A DNA stretch of 64,000 bases from the human T2T-CHM13v2.0 reference genome, Homo sapiens. Positions 56,459-64,000 of this stretch are shown here, piece after piece. The notes beneath the pieces were generated by a model. It searched no databases, had not been told where the DNA came from, and saw nothing but the letters and a program-made list of their open reading frames with translations. Made by a program: the position numbers and the translations under genes. The DNA lies in the NCBI RefSeq assembly GCF_009914755.1, contig NC_060927.1, one strand, 5' to 3'. Numbering within the stretch: the stretch's first letter is position 1; each line of letters begins with the position of its first letter.

Positions 56459-57996
56459 AAGCTTTGACCAGACCAATGACCTGGAGAGTTTCCCCAAAAT
56501 TTTCTTCTAGTAGTTTTGTAGTTTGAGGGTATATGCAAATCTTTCATCCATTTTGATTAGATATTTGTATATGGTGAGTGTTGGGGTCTAGTTTCATTCT
56601 GCATATGGATACTCAGGTTCCCCAGCACCATTTATTAAAGAGAATGTCTTTTCCTCAGTGTATGTTCTGGGCACCTTTGTTGAAAATGAGTTCACTGTAG
56701 TTGTGTAGATTTGTTTCTGGGTTCTCTATTGTGTTCCTTTGGTGTATATGTCTATATTTATGCCAATACCATGCTCTTTTGGTTACTATAGCTCTGTAGT
56801 ATAATTTGAAGTCAGGTAATGTGATTCCACCAGACTTGTTCTTTTTCTTAGGGTAGCTAAGAAACAGCTATTCTGTTTCTTTTGTGGTTCCAAATATATT
56901 TTAGGATTGTTTTTTCTGTTTCTGTGAATAATGTCATTGGTATTTTAGTAGGGATTTCATTGAATCTGTAGATTTCTTTGGGAAGTATAAACACTTTAAC
57001 AGCATTGATTCATCCAATCCATGAACATGGAATGTTTTTTATTTTTTGGCATCCCTCCAATTTCTTTAGTCAGTGTTTTATAGTTTTTATGATAGAAATC
57101 TTTCACTTCTTTGGTTACCTCATAGATTTAATTTTATGTGTGGTTATTGTAAAGAAAATTACTTTTTGAATTTCTTTTTTAGATTGTTCATTGTTGGCAT
57201 ATAGAAATGCTACTGATTTTTGTATGTTCATTTTGTTGTCTGTGACTTTACTGAATTTATCAGTTCTAAAAGGTTTTTTTGTGTGGAGTCTTTAGGTTTT
57301 TCTAAATATGGGATTATATCATCTGCAAGGATAACTTGACTTTTTTCTTTCCAAATTGGATTCTCTGTGTTTTTTTCTGTTGTCTGATTGCTGTACCTAG
57401 GACTTCCAGTACTATGTTGAGAAACACTGAAAGTGGGCATCCTTGTAGTGTTTCAGATCTTAGAGGAAAGAAAGGCTTTCAGCTTTTCCACATTCAGTAT
57501 TATACTAGCTGTGGGTCTGTTGTATATGGCCTTTATTATGTTGAGGTGTGTTCCTAGTTACCTGTTTTTTTTTTTTTAGGGTTTTTATCATGAAGGGATT
57601 TTGAACTTTATCAGATGCTTTTTCATAATCAATTGAAATGATCATATGGTTTTTGTCTTTTATTCTGTTGATAATGATGTATCACATTGATTTGTGTATG
57701 TTGAACCATCCTTCCATCCCAGGGATAAATCTTACTTGATCATGATGAATGATCTCTTTAATATATTGTTGAATTCATTTTGCTAGTATTTTGTTGAGGA
57801 TGTTTGCATCAATGTTTATCAGAGATATTGGCCTGTAGTTTTCCTTTTTCATGTGTCATTGTTTGATTTTGGTATTAGAGTAATATTGGCCTTTGTAGAA
57901 TGGTTTGGATGTATCCCCTCTTACTCTATTTTTTGGAATATTTAAAGAAGATTGGTATTAGTTCTTCTTTAAATGTTAGGTAGAATTCAGCAGTGA

Positions 57997-58631
<635 letters not shown>

Positions 58632-58917
58632 GACTTTTTATTATGGCTTTTATCTTGTTACTGGTCTTTTCAGGTTTTGGATTTCTTTATTGTTTAATAT
58701 TGGTAAGTTGGATGTCTAGGAATTTGTCCATTTCTTCTAGATTTCCCAATTTATTGGCATTGGCATATACTTGCTCACAGTAGCCACTAATGATCCTTTG
58801 TTTTTCTGCAGTGTCAGTTGTAATGTTTCATCCCTGATTTTATTTATTTGGATAATCTGTTTTTTTTTTTTTTTTTTTTTTTTTTGGTCTGACTAAAAGT
58901 TTGTCGGTTTTGTTTAA

Positions 58918-59231
<314 letters not shown>

Positions 59232-59300
59232 AAAACCAACTCTTTTTTCATTTTTTAAAATTGTTTTCTTTATTTCAATTTTATTTATTTCTGCTGTGAA

Positions 59301-59656
<356 letters not shown>

Positions 59657-62600
59657 TAGTCCTTTAAGATGGATTGTTAGATTATTCATTCAGAGTTTTT
59701 CTTCTTTATTGATGTAGGTACTTATACCTGTAAACTTCCATCGAAGTACTGCTTTTGCTGTATTTTTCTTTCCAGAAATTTGTCATTTTTTAAAAATTAC
59801 TTCACTGATCCACTGGTCATTCAAGAGCATGTTGTTTTATCTGCATACATTTGTATAGTTTCAACAAGTCTTTTTGTTATGATTTCTAGTTTTATTCCAT
59901 TGTGGTCAAAGAAGATGCTTAATATTGTTTCCATTTTTAAAATATTGTAAGAGTTGTTTTGTGATCTAGTTTGTCCCTGAGAATGATCCATGTGCTGAGG
60001 AAGAGAATGTATATTCTGCAGCCTTTGCATGAAATGTTCTGTAAATATCTATTCGATTCATTTCATCTGTAGTGCAGATTAAATCTGATGTTTCTTTGTT
60101 GATTTTCTGCCTGGAAGATATCTCCAGTACTGAAAGTGGGGTGTTGATGTCTCCAGCTATTATGGTATTAAAGTCTATCTTTCTCTTTTGCTCTAATAAT
60201 ATTTGGTTGGTATATTTGTGTTCTCCAGTGTTGGTTGCACATATACTTAAAATTGTTATATTCTGTTACTGAATTGACACTTTATTGTTATATAGTGTAC
60301 TTCTTCAACTCTTCTTATAATTTTTGTCTTGAAATCTATTTTGTCTAAGTATAGCCACTTCTACTCTTTTTTGGTTTCCATTGGTATGGAATATCTTTTT
60401 TCATGTTTTTATTTTTAGTCCACATGTGCCTTTATAGGGTAAGAGTGCTTCTTGTAAGCAAAAAATCATTGGGTTTTGCGTTTTCGTTTATTCAACTGTG
60501 CTATATCTTTTGATTGGAGAGTTTAGTCCCTTTCCATTCAGCATTATTATTGATAAGTAAGGACTTATTCCTGTTCTTTTGTTATTTGTTTTCTGGTTGT
60601 TTTGTTGTCTTCTCTTTTTTCTTTCTTTCCATTCTATCTTCTTTTTTGTGAAGATATTTTTCTGTGGTGATATGATTTAATTTTTTGCTTTTTTTGGATC
60701 TCATGTATTTTTTGTTGTTTGTGATTACCATGAGGCTTGCAAATACTACCTTATTATCCATTATTTTTAGCTGATAACAGCTTAACACTGTTAGCATAAA
60801 CATACAAGCAAAAAGAAAACTTAGAAAAACTTCACTTTAATTCCCCTGCTTTTCAACTTTTTATTGTTTCTTTTTATATTTTATTGTACTGCCTATCCTG
60901 AATAGTTGTAGTTATTATTTTTTGTGGGTTAATCATTTTGTCTTTCTACTTAGGATAAGAGTAGTTTACACACTGCAGTTACAGTTTTATATATAATATT
61001 CTGTATTTTTCTGTATACTTAGTATTACCGATGAGTTTCGTACCTTCAGATGATTACTCGTTGCTTGTCGTCATCCTTTTTCTTTCTGATTGAAGTACTC
61101 CCTTTAGCATTTTTTGTAGGACAGGTCTGGTGTTAATGAAATCCCTCTGCTTTTGTTTATCTGGGAAAGTCTTTATTTCTCCTTCATGTTTTAAGTGTAT
61201 TTTCCCTGGATACATTATTCTTGGGTAAAAGTTTTTTTTTTTTTTCTTCAGCACTTTAAATATGTTATGCCACTCTTCTTGCCTGTAAGGTTTCCATGGA
61301 AAAGTTTGTTGTTAGACATGTTGGAGCTCCATTGTATGTTAGTTATTTGCTTCTTTTCTCCTGCTGCTTTTAGGATCCTTTTTTTAATCCTTGATCTTTG
61401 TGAGTTTGATTATTAAATGTCTTGAGGTAGTCCTCTGTGGGTTAAATTTTCTTGGTGTTCTGTAACCTTCTTGAACTTGGATATTGATGTCTCTCGCTAT
61501 GTTTGGAGGGTTCTCTGTTATTATTTCTTTTAGTGAAGTTCTGAACCCTATTTCTTTCTCTACCTCCTCTTTAATGCCAACTCTCAGATTTGCTCTTTTG
61601 AGGCTATTTTCTAAAACCTGTCATCTTGCTTGTTTTTTATTCTTTTAACTTTTGTCTCCTTTGTGTATTTTCAAATAGCCTGTCTTAAAGCTCACTAATT
61701 CTTTCTTGTGCTTGATTCATTCTGCACAATGAGTCATTCTTGATTCAACAGACTCTGGTGCATTATTCAGTACATCAGTTGCATTTTTCAACTCCAGAAT
61801 TTTGGCTTGATTATTTTAAATTATTTCGATCTCTTTGCTAAATTTACCTGATAGAATTCTGGATTTCTTTTCTGTGTTATCTTGAATTTCTTTGAGTTTA
61901 CTAAAAACAGCTATTTTGAGTTCTCTGTCTGAAAGGTCATATATCTCTGTTTCTCTAGATTTGGTTCCTGGTGCCTTATTTAGTTTATTTGGTAAGGCCA
62001 TATTTTCCTGGATATGGTCTTGATACTTGTAGAGTTTTGTCTGTGGTAGGCATTGAAGAGTTAGTTATTTAAGGTAGTCTTTGAGTTAGTTATTTGTTGA
62101 GCTTGTTTGTCTTTCTTAGGAAGGCCTTCCAGATATTCAGAGGGACTTGGATGTTGTGATTTAAGCTGTGTCTGCTTTAGGGGGGACCCCAAGTCTAGTT
62201 AATGCTGTGGTTTTTTCAGACTTGTAGAGGGACCACCTTGATGGTCTTGGACAATATCTGGAAGAATTCTCTGTATTACCAGACAGAGACTCTTGTTCTC
62301 TTCTCTTACTTTCTGCCAAACAAGCAGTCTCTCTCTCTGTTTTGAGTCACCTGAAGCTGGAGTTTGAGTGACACAAGCACCTCTGTGGTCACCACCACTA
62401 GGACTGTGCTGGGTCAGACCTGAAGCCAGGTCTCACTGGGTCTCACCCAAGGCCTGTTGTAACCACTCCCGGGCTACCATATATGTCTGTTCAAGGCCCT
62501 GGAGCTCTAGAATGAGCAGCTGGCAAAGCCAGTCAGGTCTGTGTCCTTCCCTTCAGGGTACTGAGTTTCCCCAGTTCCTGGGTGAGTTTAGAGGTGATAT

Positions 62601-64000
62601 CTAGGAGCCAGGGACTAGAGTCAAAAACCTTAGAAGTCTACCTTATGTTCTCTTGTACCATAGCTGAGCTGGCACCAAAACCACAAGACACCATCCTTCC
62701 CCTTCTTTCCTCCCCTTTCCGAAGGCAGAGGAGCCTCATCCTGTGGCTCCTGCCATCACAGGCCCACGGGGCCTACTGCCAGACTACCACCAATATTTTA
62801 AGGCCAAGAGCTCTTCAGTCAGCTTGTGGTGACTCTTTCCTGGCCTGGGAATCACCTTCAGGGCAGTGGGCTCCTCCCTGGTCCAGGACAGGTCCAGAAA
62901 TGCAGTCCAAGAGCCAAGTCCTGGAATCAGGGACCCAAGAGCCTGCTTTGTTCTGTACCCACCCATGACCACGCTGGTTCCTAAGGTGCAAGAGAAAGCC
63001 CTGTTTCCTTTTCCCCTCCACTTGTCTCAGGCAGAAGGCTTGCCCGGTAGCCAACACAGCTGGAAATGTGCTGAGTTTCCCCCGAAGCCAGCAAGTCTCA
63101 GATTCTCACCCAAGACCCTTGATGTAGTACCTGGGTATCACTCCTGGTTATTCAGGGCCCCAGGGGCTCTTTAGGTAGCAGATGATGAATTTTGCTAGGA
63201 TTTTGCCCTTCCCTTCAAGGCAGCAGGTTCCCTTCTGGGCCAGGGTATGTCTAGAAATGTCATCTGGGAGCTAGGGCCTGGAAAGGGGACCTCATGACCT
63301 CACGACTCTGAGCAGTGCCTTATCCTGCTGTGACTGAGCTGGTATCCAAGATGCCAGACAAAGTCTTCTTCACTGTTTCCTCTCCTCTCCTCACACAGAA
63401 GGAAGGGGTCTGTTGGAGCTGCAAGCTGTACAGCCTGGGGTTAAGGGAGAGGTGATGCCAGCACTTTCTTAGCTACCCTAGCTGTTATCTCATTAGATTG
63501 TGTGTTCCCTAATCCACTGGCTCAGGGCCTGGTTCACCACTGGGACTCACCTAGGAGTTACAGTCCTTGTGGCCTAAACTGCCTTTTAAATTTATTTAGA
63601 GCCCCAGAGCCTTTAGCCTGAGGTGGTGAGACTTTCAGGAACTCAAGTTCCAATCACTGAGATCAGCTATTCTCCTCTGCCTAGGGCTGGTTTAAATGCT
63701 TTCTTCATGGGCACACATCAGCCAAATTTATTCTGGTTTTTATTTCTGCTCTAATGGAACAGCTTTGAGTTCAGTGCCTCCCAATTTCCGCGCTGTTTCT
63801 CCCCCAGCATACAGAATTGTTTTCTGCACTATGCAGTAGCTGCTATGGGTTGGGGGAAGGGTGATGTCTGTGATTCAAAACTGTTTTTTCTACTTCTTCA
63901 TTTTCTCTTTCAGTAATGTAAAGTTAAAATCGGATGCTGTAAGTACTTGCCTGAGTTTTGGTTTTCATGAAGGTGTTTTTTTTTTTTTCTTTTCTTTTGT

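Overview
Primate genomic DNA, human or another great ape (it carries AluY and an SVA_D-like element). The window is almost entirely intron and very rich in repeats. The only protein-coding sequence I can support is a 41-nt exon at 31642-31682 (+), (G)WYRGVSTKKPNVK. It matches the SH3 domain of DOCK3 (its third coding exon, from recall of the protein), so the window is the end of one long DOCK3 intron and the start of the next. It is too short for the ORF track; the tracked ORFs are Alu, L1, SVA, LTR or low-complexity artefacts. The rest comprises about 28 Alus, a mostly antisense nested L1 stack (36.3-64 kb), a 5'-truncated SVA, ERV/MaLR LTRs (three MER41, MER67, MLT2, MLT1, LTR33-like, THE1), DNA-transposon MITEs (MER47/Tigger5, MADE1, MER20) and a 38-nt U2 snRNA retrocopy. 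I found no new gene system. The best observations are structural or regulatory: a deletion-inversion that splits a MER41 LTR; a THE1/MER41 chimeric provirus whose MER41B LTR keeps two intact GAS motifs; a (GGGGA)n run in an Alu tail 1.9 kb from the exon; an antisense U2 fragment covering the branch-pairing sequence; several template-switch scars; and a probable L1-insertion-mediated deletion. Repeat families were assigned by eye from remembered consensus sequences, so boundaries are approximate unless a TSD is quoted.
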